Shown here piece by piece: positions 1 through 9,812 of a stretch of DNA of 64,000 nucleotides. Source of the stretch: a virus; IMG/VR virus record IMGVR_UViG_3300009059_000716, positions 30,823 through 94,822 of that record; one strand, given 5' to 3'. Position numbers and translations under genes: made by a program. The first letter of the stretch is position 1. Every line of letters starts with the position of its first letter. A model generated the notes under the pieces. That model was not told the origin of the DNA, did no database searches, and saw only the letters and a list, made by a program, of their open reading frames with translations.

Positions 1-600
1 ACTAATGTAGTAGCTAAAAATACTGAAGAAGCAGCCAAACAAGGATTAGATGTAGCTTCTGATACCTGGAAAGAAGGAAGCAAACAGGCAATCGAATTTG
101 CTAAAGATGGACTAGAAGTAGTAGAAGATGTGGCAGAAGATATTAAAGACGCAGCAGAAGATGCTGTTGAATGGTTAGACCAAAATGCTTGTTACATTGG
201 ATTAAATATGGCATTAACAACTGGATGTGTAATGTATTTCACTCCTAAACCAGCACCAGCTGACCCTGGAACGGTAACATCAACAACTATCAGTGCAACA
301 ATGATAACAGCAATGTCCACCATGGGTCAAAAAGCAGCAATGGCGGCAGTATCAACAGTAATTGGTAACCTTTTAGCCGATGGAATATTCTTAATCCCAG
401 GAGTAAAAGGAGCTTGCAATAAAAAATTACTTACAAAGGTACTTACGAATGTAGTAGGACAAGCAAACCCAATATATGCAACAGCAGCTTTATCCACACC
501 GGCAGGTGTAGGTTTATTTGTAGGCTCAGTAGTATCTCCAATAGTAGCAACACTTATTTGTGAAGGAGTAGTACCAAATGGATTTTCAAAACTAGACTAG
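1..600 (+). CDS. 5'-truncated hypothetical protein with hydrophobic C-terminal half
   Basis: Frame 1 is open from base 1 to TAG at 598-600, so the GTG at 130 is probably internal; Ala/Thr/Gly-rich hydrophobic helices. Confidence 0.75.
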   Translation, partial: TNVVAKNTEEAAKQGLDVASDTWKEGSKQAIEFAKDGLEVVEDVAEDIKDAAEDAVEWLDQNACYIGLNMALTTGCVMYFTPKPAPADPGTVTSTTISATMITAMSTMGQKAAMAAVSTVIGNLLADGIFLIPGVKGACNKKLLTKVLTNVVGQANPIYATAALSTPAGVGLFVGSVVSPIVATLICEGVVPNGFSKLD

Positions 601-612
601 TAAAAGCAGATT

Positions 613-1218
613 ATGAAGTTTTCAGCAGAGAAAATAAAAAAAGCAGTTGAATCAAAAGGATATAAATTCTTCGAAGGAGGAAACTACAACCTTAATATTA
701 TAGGAGTTAGAAACTCAGACACTAAAGGTAAAGTTACTAATAGATTTGATGACTTAATTACAGTATCTTACCAAGTAGACGGAGTACAGAAGTATCATGA
801 ATTCGATGCAACTACCGATCCAGGTTCTCATTGGGAAAGGAATTTACTTAATGAAGACGGAGTAGCAATACTATGCCCAGGTCAGTATAGAGGTTCCCAT
901 ACTATTGGAATGCATCAAGGTAAATACGAGGCTCTAAAACAACAGAAACCTGTCAAAGTTTACCGAGATAATAACAAAGACGGTGATTATGATATGTTAG
1001 AAGAAAATATCAAAGAAGGTATTTTTGGAATCAACATTCATAGAGCTACAGCTAAAGAAGGAGGAAAGTCCACTCAAGTTGACAAATGGTCTGCAGGGTG
1101 TCAGGTAATAGCAGCAAATAGTGATTTTAAACTACTTATGGAATTAGCTCACAAAGCAGCAGACTTGTACGGTAAATCATTTACCTATACGTTAATTGAA
1201 TCAAAAGACATCTTATAG
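613..1218 (+). CDS. Putative endolysin, YkuD/L,D-transpeptidase-like catalytic domain
   Basis: GINIH...WSAGCQV His/Cys motif; sits upstream of a spanin-like pair. Confidence 0.7.
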   Translation: MKFSAEKIKKAVESKGYKFFEGGNYNLNIIGVRNSDTKGKVTNRFDDLITVSYQVDGVQKYHEFDATTDPGSHWERNLLNEDGVAILCPGQYRGSHTIGMHQGKYEALKQQKPVKVYRDNNKDGDYDMLEENIKEGIFGINIHRATAKEGGKSTQVDKWSAGCQVIAANSDFKLLMELAHKAADLYGKSFTYTLIESKDIL

Positions 1219-1249
1219 TTGTCTAATAGGAAATAAATACCTATCTTAA
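1218..1249 (+). promoter_or_regulatory. Bacteroidota-like phage promoter
   Basis: GTTG-N20-TATCTTAA. Confidence 0.55.
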
Positions 1250-1253
1250 AGTT

Positions 1254-1640
1254 ATGAGCACAAGAAATACATTAATATTAGGTCTAGCAGGTGTCGCTAT
1301 ATTCTATTTGTTATATAAACAAAAAGAGTTCGATACCTCTTCCTATCTTAATAAGATAGTAGATCTTGAGAAAAAAGTAGATTCGCTTCATAGTCAAAAT
1401 AAAACACTTAATGTAGAACTAAAAACTTTAGAAGATGCATTAGCTAGGTATGACAAAGAAGTAGATAGTCTAGAAAATAGTATAGTAATAATAAAAAGAA
1501 GAACGGATGAAAAACTACGTAATGTTAGTAGTCTTACTCTGTCTGAGCTTCAAAGCTTTTTCACAGAAAGATACAATTCAAGTAGTACGCCTACAGGAAC
1601 CAATAGCCCGACTAGTGGTGAAGGATCTGATAATAGGTGA
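1254..1640 (+). CDS. Inner-membrane spanin-like protein (N-terminal TM + coiled coil)
   Basis: N-terminal hydrophobic helix, heptad coiled coil, follows the lysin. Confidence 0.55.
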   Translation: MSTRNTLILGLAGVAIFYLLYKQKEFDTSSYLNKIVDLEKKVDSLHSQNKTLNVELKTLEDALARYDKEVDSLENSIVIIKRRTDEKLRNVSSLTLSELQSFFTERYNSSSTPTGTNSPTSGEGSDNR

Positions 1641-1905
1641 TGGCTTACAGAAAGAACTTGCTGTATCTAGATTAGTTATAGAAACACTAAAAACTAAATC
1701 CATTACTCAAGACAGCATTATATTTAATTTTAAATCTCAAGTACTTAATTTAAATTCAATATTAATTACTAAAGATGAGCAATTTAAGATACAAGAAAAA
1801 CTTTCTAAAGACTTACAACAAGCTCTTAAGAAAGAGAAGTTTAAAAATAAGTTATTCTCAATAGGTACACCAGTCTTAATTTTAGGCGCATTACTTTTGA
1901 AATAA
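1507..1905 (+). CDS. Spanin-partner-like exported coiled-coil protein overlapping the previous gene
   Basis: Signal peptide ending AFS/Q, coiled coil, hydrophobic C-terminus; 134-nt out-of-frame overlap as in Rz/Rz1 pairs. Confidence 0.5.
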   Translation: MKNYVMLVVLLCLSFKAFSQKDTIQVVRLQEPIARLVVKDLIIGDGLQKELAVSRLVIETLKTKSITQDSIIFNFKSQVLNLNSILITKDEQFKIQEKLSKDLQQALKKEKFKNKLFSIGTPVLILGALLLK

Positions 1906-3077
1906 TGATTGAAACTATAAAAAGAAATACACTACCTACCATAATTGCGTTAGCAGCACTTTCAGTATCAGCATCAGCAGCATTTTATTCTGTTAGTGGA
2001 CTAAGTAAATTATTTGCAGGAGCAGCATTAGAGGTAACAATAATGGCTGGTTCATTAGAGGTAGCTAAGCTTGTTATCGCTTCACTTCTTTACCAATACT
2101 GGGATACATTAAATAAGTACCTTAGAACCTATCTCTCCATTGCAGCCTTTGTACTAGTATTGATTACTAGTATGGGTATATATGGATTTTTAAGTGCGGC
2201 ATATCAAGACACATACAGGCAATTAACAGTTAAAGAGAATCAAACTGCATTCCTAACCCAAAAGAAAGATTTCTATGAAAAAGATGTTATCAGATATGAT
2301 GGCGAACTTGAAAGAATCTCTAGCAATATTTCTACTCTCAGTAACGCAAAATCTACCGCAATCCAAATTAAGGACACATCGGTGGTTGGAGGCGTTAGAA
2401 CCACCATCTCTACTGCAGAGCTTAGACTTGCCCAGCAGCGTATCGGAGTTGAAGAGGAGAATAGAAAACAAGTACAAGCTAAAAGAGAAATAGCAGCAGA
2501 TAGCTTACAAAAATACCAACTTCAGATATTAGATTTAGATAACAATACAGAAGTAGCCGGAGAATTAGGACCATTACAGTACCTTTCCGGACTTACAGGA
2601 GCTCCGATGGATAAGATTATAAACATCTTACTCCTTGTAATCATATTTGTATTTGATCCTTTAGCTATATCACTTGTAATAGCAGCTAACTTCGCTTTTG
2701 ATCAGGCCAAACCTAAATGGAACCTTTATGGAGAAATAGAAGATGATTTTAGTGAATGGGATGATTTAGATGAAGAAGAACCTAACGGAGATCTTAAAAG
2801 AGCTGCTGAAAAATATAAAGAAATTAGTAGAGATGAATTAGTATCCGAAGAAGAGATAATGGAAGACCTTGACCCTAAAGAAATAGAAGTCATAGATCCA
2901 GAAACCGTTACAGGAGAAGAAGAATGGAGAACATTGAATGAGGACGATACTGAAATAAAAGAAAAAAAAGTAACCCGTATACTTCAAAAAACTCCTTCTA
3001 AAAGAAGAGTAGAATTCTCTGATGGCACCCAAGGATGGGTTGATAAAGGAGATGAGGATAAGATAATCTATATGTAA
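1905..3077 (+). CDS. Multi-pass membrane protein with coiled coil and acidic tail
   Basis: Three N-terminal TM helices, coiled coil, TM (IIFVFDPLAI), acidic C-terminus. Confidence 0.75.
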   Translation: MIETIKRNTLPTIIALAALSVSASAAFYSVSGLSKLFAGAALEVTIMAGSLEVAKLVIASLLYQYWDTLNKYLRTYLSIAAFVLVLITSMGIYGFLSAAYQDTYRQLTVKENQTAFLTQKKDFYEKDVIRYDGELERISSNISTLSNAKSTAIQIKDTSVVGGVRTTISTAELRLAQQRIGVEEENRKQVQAKREIAADSLQKYQLQILDLDNNTEVAGELGPLQYLSGLTGAPMDKIINILLLVIIFVFDPLAISLVIAANFAFDQAKPKWNLYGEIEDDFSEWDDLDEEEPNGDLKRAAEKYKEISRDELVSEEEIMEDLDPKEIEVIDPETVTGEEEWRTLNEDDTEIKEKKVTRILQKTPSKRRVEFSDGTQGWVDKGDEDKIIYM

Positions 3078-3122
3078 TATAACTTTACCAATATTTATTA
3101 ATAAACATAAAACAATATAACA

Positions 3123-3386
3123 ATGAGTGAAGAATTAAACTTTGAAGAGCAGCCAATCTTTGTACCTCAAGAAGAAGTACAGGAAATAGCTGAACAAACT
3201 CCTGAAGAAGCTCCTGCACCAGTAGAAGTTAAAAAAGTTAAAGAAGTAAAAAAATCAAACGAGGTGAAGGTAGTTAGAATAGTTCAACACTTACCTAGTG
3301 GATATAGATTACTTTTAGAAGGAGGAGAAATTGTTAAAGTAAGAAAATCTCAGTTCATACAAGGACAGAAGACAGTAAAACTTTAA
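3123..3386 (+). CDS. Hypothetical protein
   Basis: ORF with acidic N-terminus and basic C-terminus; preceded by TATTTAT. Confidence 0.65.
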   Translation: MSEELNFEEQPIFVPQEEVQEIAEQTPEEAPAPVEVKKVKEVKKSNEVKVVRIVQHLPSGYRLLLEGGEIVKVRKSQFIQGQKTVKL

Positions 3387-3410
3387 AACTTTTTTTAAAC
3401 AAAATATGTA

Positions 3411-3437
3411 AAAGAGTTGTCTAACGACGACTCTTTT
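3411..3437 (+). terminator. Stem-loop/terminator overlapping the next promoter
   Basis: AAAGAGTTGTC-TAAC-GACGACTCTTT followed by T. Confidence 0.55.
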
Positions 3438-3447
3438 CTTATATTTA
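3416..3447 (+). promoter_or_regulatory. Bacteroidota-like phage promoter
   Basis: GTTG-N20-TATATTTA. Confidence 0.65.
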
Positions 3448-3469
3448 TAGTATAGATAATTAATTAGTT

Positions 3470-3778
3470 ATGAGTAAAAATAGCGATATTTACGGAACAT
3501 GGACAATGGACAGTACAGCAGGGACTGTAAAAACAGATAAGTATGTCCAATCAGTAAAAAAAGCATTTGAACAAAGATCTCAAACTGGGATCAAAAAGTA
3601 CAATACTACTTTAGAAAGAGAAGATCTAAACTTCCTTGATTGGTTACAGCATCTACAAGAAGAATTGATGGATGCTACATTGTATGTTGAACGATTAAAA
3701 ACAAGTTATGCCGAAGAAGTTACCAAAGTTAGTAAAGGAAGTATGGGAAAGCAAACTAAAGCAGAGCCCAAAGAGTAA
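3470..3778 (+). CDS. Small all-alpha NTP pyrophosphatase-like (MazG-like) phage protein
   Basis: GIKKYNTTL...HLQEELMDATLY motif with EExxD. Confidence 0.55.
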   Translation: MSKNSDIYGTWTMDSTAGTVKTDKYVQSVKKAFEQRSQTGIKKYNTTLEREDLNFLDWLQHLQEELMDATLYVERLKTSYAEEVTKVSKGSMGKQTKAEPKE

Positions 3779-4646
3779 CAAACACATTTCCTACTCACAG
3801 TTAAATTCTTTCGCTTCTTGTCAAAAACAATGGTACTTACAGTACGTTAAGAAATTAGCTCCTTATGAAGGTTCCATTCATGCTATGTTTGGAACTGCAA
3901 TGCATGAAACTATTCAGACTTGGTTGACAACTTTGTATTACGATAAAGTTAAAACTGCTAATGAGATGGACTTAGATGCTTTACTGTATGAGAATATGGT
4001 TAAAGCATATAAATCTACTAAAGCACAGAATAGCTTTCAGGAATTTACTTCATTAGAGGAAATGAATATGTTTTACTTAGACGGCAAACACATCTTAAAC
4101 TTTTTAAAGAAAAAAAGAGGTGGGTACTTTAGTACTAAGGGAACTTATTTGGCCGGTGTAGAGACGCTACTATACCAAGAATTACGCCCTGGAGTACAGT
4201 TTAAAGGCTTCATCGATTTAGTATTTTATAGTGAAGTATTAGATGAATGGACAATCATTGATATTAAAACCTCCACTTCAGGATGGAATGATTACGCTAA
4301 GAAGGACGATAACAAGATTGCACAAATTCTACTCTATAAAGAGTTCTTTTCCAAGCAGTTTGATATTCCAATTGATAAAATAAATGTAGAGTACTTTATA
4401 CTGAAACGTAAGGTACCAAAAGATGCTGAGTTTGCTGCAATGGAACGTAGAGTACAGCAATTTAGACCTCCGTCCGGAAAGATTAAAAGAGGTCAAGCAG
4501 TATCACTAATGAATAATTTTGTAGAGACAGCAGTCGATATAGATGGTGAGTATATTGATAAAGACTATCCAACTTCTCCTTCGAAAAGTACATGTATGTT
4601 TTGTGCTTTTAAGAAAATGAGGATATGTCCTGATGCTGTTTTATAA
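3708..4646 (+). CDS. PD-(D/E)XK exonuclease, Cas4/RecB-like, with Fe-S cysteines
   Basis: ISYSQL..C, FGTAMH, GFIDL, IIDIKT, QxxxY, C-terminal CxxC..C. Confidence 0.85.
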   Translation: MPKKLPKLVKEVWESKLKQSPKSNKHISYSQLNSFASCQKQWYLQYVKKLAPYEGSIHAMFGTAMHETIQTWLTTLYYDKVKTANEMDLDALLYENMVKAYKSTKAQNSFQEFTSLEEMNMFYLDGKHILNFLKKKRGGYFSTKGTYLAGVETLLYQELRPGVQFKGFIDLVFYSEVLDEWTIIDIKTSTSGWNDYAKKDDNKIAQILLYKEFFSKQFDIPIDKINVEYFILKRKVPKDAEFAAMERRVQQFRPPSGKIKRGQAVSLMNNFVETAVDIDGEYIDKDYPTSPSKSTCMFCAFKKMRICPDAVL

Positions 4647-4679
4647 TTTATATATATTTATATATAGAACAATTTAGTT

Positions 4680-4862
4680 ATGAAACAAGACGAAAAACTT
4701 ACCTCGGTAAAAATCACACAGCCATTATTTGATGAATTCAAGATGGCATCATTACAAAACAACTTTTCATTTAAAAAGCTTGCAGATCGTGCAATTTATC
4801 TTTATCTTACTGATAGAGACTTCCGTGAAAAAGTACACAAACAGAATAACATTAAACTTTAA
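4680..4862 (+). CDS. Small ribbon-helix-helix-like DNA-binding protein
   Basis: LTSVKI strand followed by two helices (SFKKLADRAI). Confidence 0.5.
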   Translation: MKQDEKLTSVKITQPLFDEFKMASLQNNFSFKKLADRAIYLYLTDRDFREKVHKQNNIKL

Positions 4863-4864
4863 TA

Positions 4865-6313
4865 ATGACTGACAAATTTGGTTATATCCCAAAAGACGAA
4901 AGAAAAAACGTCTTACTTTTATGTGATGATATTCGAATGCATTCCGGTATTGCTACTATGGCAAGAGAGTTTGTAGTTGGAACAGCACAACATTTTAATT
5001 GGTTTCAAGTAGGAGCAGCTTTACAGCATCCAGACGCAGGAAAGGTGTTTGACCTGTCAGAAGACATAAATAACCGTACCGGTATAAAGGATGCTTCTGT
5101 AAAAGTAATGCCTAATAACGGCTATGGAGATGCTACATTGATTAGAAGGTTACTTAAACAAGAAAAACCAGATGCTATCTTTATCTTTACGGATCCAAGA
5201 TACTGGACATGGCTGTTTGAAATCGAAAGAGAGATTAGATCTCAAATTCCAATTATGTGGTTAAACATCTGGGATGACTATCCTGCACCGATGTATAATA
5301 AAAGCTATTACGACTCAGTAGATGTCTTAATGGCAATCTCTAAACAAACTAAAAATATTAACGAATTAGTTTTAGGAGAAGAAGCTAAAAATAAACTCAT
5401 TAAGTATGTACCTCATGGTATTAACAGTAACGACTTCTTTCCTATCACAAAAGATCATAAATTATATCCAGACTTAGTTAAGTTTAAACAAGATACTATT
5501 CCAAATAAGGATGTAGAGTTTGTAGTTTACTTTAACTCAAGAAACATTAACAGAAAGAGACCAGGAGACGTAATTCTATCTTATAAATTCTTCTGTGACA
5601 GAATAGGAAAAGAAGCAGCTAAGAAATGTGCTTTAGTGATGCATACAGCAGCAGTAGATCAAAATGGAACTGATCTAAGAGCTGTAAAAGAAGCATTAAC
5701 AGATCCAGAATATGTTAACATTTATTTCTCTCAGGCTAAGATTAATACAGCCCAGATGAATATGATGTACAACATGGCTGATGTTACTATGTTAATCTCA
5801 TCTAATGAAGGATGGGGATTATCTTTGACAGAATCTATGATGGCAGGTACAATGATAGTTGGTGCTGTTACAGGAGGAATGCAAGATCAAATGAGATTCG
5901 AAGACGGTAATGGTAACTGGGTTGATTTTAGTTCTGACTTTCCTTCCAATCATAGAGGTACAATTAAACAATGCGGAGATTGGGTTGAACCAGTCTTCCC
6001 ATCAAACATCTCATTAACAGGTTCACCTTCTACTCCATATATTTTTGACGACAGAGTTTCATCAGAAGATGTAGCCATAGCTTTAGAGAAAGTATATAAC
6101 TTATCTACAGAAGAGAGAATCAAAAACGGACTGAAAGGTAGAGAATGGGTTACTTCAGACGAATCTCAAATGTCAGCCGATACAATGTGTAAGAACATTA
6201 TAGAGGTTATGGATGAAGGATTCAAAACATTTAAACCTAGACCAAGTTTTGAAATTCATAAAGCTGGTCCAAGACCATTAAAGAAAGTTACACATAAATT
6301 AACAGGTTATTAA
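4865..6313 (+). CDS. Glycosyltransferase, GT-B (GT4-like)
   Basis: SGIAT N-terminal motif, VPHGI, RKRPGD, EGWGLSLTESM. Confidence 0.9.
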   Translation: MTDKFGYIPKDERKNVLLLCDDIRMHSGIATMAREFVVGTAQHFNWFQVGAALQHPDAGKVFDLSEDINNRTGIKDASVKVMPNNGYGDATLIRRLLKQEKPDAIFIFTDPRYWTWLFEIEREIRSQIPIMWLNIWDDYPAPMYNKSYYDSVDVLMAISKQTKNINELVLGEEAKNKLIKYVPHGINSNDFFPITKDHKLYPDLVKFKQDTIPNKDVEFVVYFNSRNINRKRPGDVILSYKFFCDRIGKEAAKKCALVMHTAAVDQNGTDLRAVKEALTDPEYVNIYFSQAKINTAQMNMMYNMADVTMLISSNEGWGLSLTESMMAGTMIVGAVTGGMQDQMRFEDGNGNWVDFSSDFPSNHRGTIKQCGDWVEPVFPSNISLTGSPSTPYIFDDRVSSEDVAIALEKVYNLSTEERIKNGLKGREWVTSDESQMSADTMCKNIIEVMDEGFKTFKPRPSFEIHKAGPRPLKKVTHKLTGY

Positions 6314-6314
6314 G

Positions 6315-7574
6315 ATGAGTAAACCATTAGCAGTAGTAAGCTGCCCTATAGACACATATTCAGGATACGGAGCAAGAGCAAGAGACTTTGTAAAAGCTTT
6401 GATCGATTTAGATAAGTACGACGTAAAGGTTTTATCTCAAAGATGGGGTAACACTAGATTTGGTTATTTAGAAGATCATAATGAAGATGATTTAAGTTCT
6501 AGAATTATACCTAACATGACTGTTAAACCAGACTTATGGGTACAGATTACAGTACCGAATGAGTTTCAAAAAGTAGGTAAGTTTAACCTAGGAGTTACCG
6601 CTGGAATGGAAACTACATTAGTTCATAATACTTGGATTGAAGGATGTAATAGAATGGATCTAAACCTAGTATCATCAGAACATAGTAAAAAGACTTTTTT
6701 AGATACTGTGTATATTAAAGAGGATACTAAAACAAAACAACCTACTGGAGAATTAAGATTAACATCTCCTATGGAGGTTTTATTAGAAGGAGCTGATTTA
6801 ACTAAATACTTTCCGACTACAAGTTCATTAGACTTATCTCCTATAAAAGAATCATTTTGTTTCTTATTTGTAGGTCATTGGTTAAATGGTGACTTTGGTC
6901 AAGATAGAAAAAATGTAGGGTATATGATTAAATCTTTCTTAGAGACATTTAAGAATAAAAAAGATGCACCTGCTTTGATTCTAAAGACTAGTCAAGTTAC
7001 TACTTCTATTACGGATAGAGAAGCAGTATTAGATAAGATAGAACAAATTAGACAATCAGTTAAAGGTACCTTACCAAACATCTATCTCTTCCATGGAGAT
7101 GTAAGTGATTCGGAAATGAATGAACTTTACAATCATCCAAAAGTAAAAGCGATGATTTCGTTTACTAAAGGAGAAGGATTTGGAAGACCGTTATTGGAAT
7201 TCAGCCTTGTTAATAAACCTATCATAGCTTCAGGTTGGTCTGGACATGTAGACTTTTTAGATAAAGAATTTACAAACCTAGTAAGCGGGGAGTTAACACC
7301 AGTACATCCATCAGCAGCATCTAAGGATATGATACTTACCGAAGCTAAATGGTTTAGTGCAGATGAAGCAGCAGTAGGAAGAATTTTAAAAACAGTACAC
7401 AAAGACTACAAAAAGTTCTTATCTTTATCTAAGAGACAAGGACATAAAAGTAGAACAGAGTTTAGTTACGAAAAGATGGTAGAAGTATTAGGTAGAACAT
7501 TAGACCAATACGTTCCAGAATTTACTAAACAGATAGAATTAAATTTACCAAAATTAGATTTACCAAAATTATAG
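6315..7574 (+). CDS. Glycosyltransferase, GT-B (GT4-like)
   Basis: SGYG, DRKN, GEGFGRPLLE, WSGHVDF motifs. Confidence 0.9.
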   Translation: MSKPLAVVSCPIDTYSGYGARARDFVKALIDLDKYDVKVLSQRWGNTRFGYLEDHNEDDLSSRIIPNMTVKPDLWVQITVPNEFQKVGKFNLGVTAGMETTLVHNTWIEGCNRMDLNLVSSEHSKKTFLDTVYIKEDTKTKQPTGELRLTSPMEVLLEGADLTKYFPTTSSLDLSPIKESFCFLFVGHWLNGDFGQDRKNVGYMIKSFLETFKNKKDAPALILKTSQVTTSITDREAVLDKIEQIRQSVKGTLPNIYLFHGDVSDSEMNELYNHPKVKAMISFTKGEGFGRPLLEFSLVNKPIIASGWSGHVDFLDKEFTNLVSGELTPVHPSAASKDMILTEAKWFSADEAAVGRILKTVHKDYKKFLSLSKRQGHKSRTEFSYEKMVEVLGRTLDQYVPEFTKQIELNLPKLDLPKL

Positions 7575-7576
7575 TT

Positions 7577-8029
7577 ATGAAAGATCAATTAGTAGACTGT
7601 AAACGATGCGGAGGAAACGCATGTTACGAACAGCACATAGACGAATCAACAACTACCTGGTTATGTATGGGGTGCGGGTTTACAACCTCAACTCTAATGA
7701 ATGAAGGAGGAAAAGTAGTAGGGGACTTAATAGAAACTTCTCCAACTCTTTACAAAGATCTACTCTTCACAGACGATACTAAAAAAGTATGGGCTCCAGC
7801 AACAATGACATTACCAGAAAAAGGAATGGTATTCTTAGATGGTACATCAGAAAAGGAATGGAAATGGGCTGCAGTAAAAGCTATTAAGATTACAGAGGAG
7901 GAAAGAAAAGTAAAAAACTTCCCTAACGATCAGACATATAAAATGGATATGGCTGGCATTAAACATTACGGTCAAAGAGAGTTTATGGATGCTTTAGAGT
8001 TAATTGGTTTCTACGAAATAGGAGAGTAA
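7577..8029 (+). CDS. Zn-ribbon-containing hypothetical protein
   Basis: CKRC...CMGC. Confidence 0.65.
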   Translation: MKDQLVDCKRCGGNACYEQHIDESTTTWLCMGCGFTTSTLMNEGGKVVGDLIETSPTLYKDLLFTDDTKKVWAPATMTLPEKGMVFLDGTSEKEWKWAAVKAIKITEEERKVKNFPNDQTYKMDMAGIKHYGQREFMDALELIGFYEIGE

Positions 8030-8653
8030 ATGAAAATTAGTTACGCAATAACAGTATGTAATGAGTTTGTAGAAATACAAAAGCTTGTTAACTTTCTTAG
8101 AGAGAATAAAAGAACTCAAGATGAGATTGTTATACTCTTTGATCAGAAGAACGGTGACCAAGAAGTAGCCAACTGGTTAACTAAACAAAGTAAATACCCA
8201 AATGTTCAGTTCTGGAGAGGATTCTTTGATGGCCATTTCGCTGATTGGAAAAATAAATTGACAGAATACTGTGAAGGAGATTATATCTTTCAGATTGATG
8301 CCGATGAATTGCCTAATAAAATTCTCATTGATAACCTACCTAATATACTAGAGGCTAACCCTACAGTTGATATGTTAAGAGTTTCTAGAATTAATACTGT
8401 TGAAGGATTAACAGAAGAGCATATTAAGAAATGGGGATGGACGGTAAATGAAAAAGGTTGGGTTAACTGGGCAGACTGGCAAATGAGAATCTATAGAAGA
8501 CATCCTGATATTAAGTGGAAAAATAAAGTTCATGAAGTATTGGATGGATTTAAAATACACGGGATGTTACCAATGGAGGAAGAGTATGCTCTATACCATC
8601 CAAAAGATATAGAAAGACAAGAAAAACAAAACGCATACTACGATACATTATGA
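8030..8653 (+). CDS. Glycosyltransferase family 2
   Basis: ISYAITVCNE, IDADE (DxD), VHE motif. Confidence 0.9.
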   Translation: MKISYAITVCNEFVEIQKLVNFLRENKRTQDEIVILFDQKNGDQEVANWLTKQSKYPNVQFWRGFFDGHFADWKNKLTEYCEGDYIFQIDADELPNKILIDNLPNILEANPTVDMLRVSRINTVEGLTEEHIKKWGWTVNEKGWVNWADWQMRIYRRHPDIKWKNKVHEVLDGFKIHGMLPMEEEYALYHPKDIERQEKQNAYYDTL

Positions 8654-8964
8654 AACCAAAAAGTAATATATACGTAGATATAGATGAAACTATCTGTGAT
8701 TATGAGTACAGAGAAGATAAGTTTAACTACAACTTAGCAAGACCTATACAAATTAATATAGATAAAATTAATAGACTCTATATTCAGGGACATTTAATTA
8801 CATACTGGACTGCTAGAGGTTCAAGAACTGGGGAAGACTGGTACGAAGTTACTAAAAATCAATTAGAGGAATGGGGATGTAAGTACCACTTCTTAAGTGT
8901 AGGAGAAAAACCTGCATATGATTTACTGATATGTGATAAATCTAGAAGGATAGAGGAGATATGA
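8650..8964 (+). CDS. HAD-family (capsule biosynthesis-type) phosphatase
   Basis: DIDET motif I, TARG motif II, KP..D..I.DK. Confidence 0.85.
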   Translation: MKPKSNIYVDIDETICDYEYREDKFNYNLARPIQINIDKINRLYIQGHLITYWTARGSRTGEDWYEVTKNQLEEWGCKYHFLSVGEKPAYDLLICDKSRRIEEI

Positions 8965-9812
8965 AAAAAACCTATATAATAGCTGAAATCGGAATTAACC
9001 ATCAGGGTGATATTAATATTGCAAAACGGTTAATAGATATTGCAGCAGCAGCTGGATGTGATGCAGTAAAGTTTCAAAAACGTAACCCCGATATAGCAGT
9101 CCCTGCAGCACAAAAAAATAAACCTCGTAGATGGCAAGGTCAAGATATGACCTATCTTGAATATAAGTATAAGGTTGAATTCGGTAAAGAAGAATACGAC
9201 GAAATCGATCGATACTGTAAGCAGCAAAACATTACTTGGTCAGCTTCACCATGGGATTATGATTCGGTTGAATTTTTAAAACAGTATGATTTACCGTTTA
9301 TAAAAGTACCTTCTGCTATGTTAACAAATCATAAACTGCTTACTTCATGTATGAAGAGTAGTATGAGAGTAATACTTTCAACAGGAATGTCCACTGAAGA
9401 AGAAATAGATGAAGCAGTTAATGTATTAAGAAAAGCTAAACATTTTTTTAGAAACCCTCATCCAATAGGATTACTACATTGTAATTCTTCCTACCCTGCT
9501 CCTGTAGAAGAACTTAACTTATCCGCTATAAAGACCTTAACCGAAAAATACCCTGATTGTGAAATAGGATACTCAGGACATGAGATATTACTAGGTACGA
9601 CAGTAGCGTCAGTACTACTAGGAGCGTCAATTGTAGAGAGACATGTTACACTAGATAGGAATATGGAGGGATCGGATCATGCATGCTCTGTTACTCCACA
9701 TGGTCTTTTTAAACTAGTTTCAGGAATAAGAGATTTAGAAAAAGCATATGGGGATGGACAAATCAAAGTAACTGAAACTGAAAAAGCTGTTAAAGAAAAA
9801 CTTAGAGGATGA
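8961..9812 (+). CDS. neuB: N-acetylneuraminate/nonulosonate synthase (NeuB family), lacking the C-terminal SAF domain
   Basis: IIAEIGINHQG, AVKFQK, LSTGM, HCNSSYP, GYSGHE, VERHVTLDR..GSDH. Confidence 0.95.
   Translation: MKKTYIIAEIGINHQGDINIAKRLIDIAAAAGCDAVKFQKRNPDIAVPAAQKNKPRRWQGQDMTYLEYKYKVEFGKEEYDEIDRYCKQQNITWSASPWDYDSVEFLKQYDLPFIKVPSAMLTNHKLLTSCMKSSMRVILSTGMSTEEEIDEAVNVLRKAKHFFRNPHPIGLLHCNSSYPAPVEELNLSAIKTLTEKYPDCEIGYSGHEILLGTTVASVLLGASIVERHVTLDRNMEGSDHACSVTPHGLFKLVSGIRDLEKAYGDGQIKVTETEKAVKEKLRG

Noticed and set aside
3708-4646. Cas4-like gene as part of a CRISPR-Cas system
   Set aside because: No other cas genes or array in the window; solo Cas4-like nucleases are common in phages
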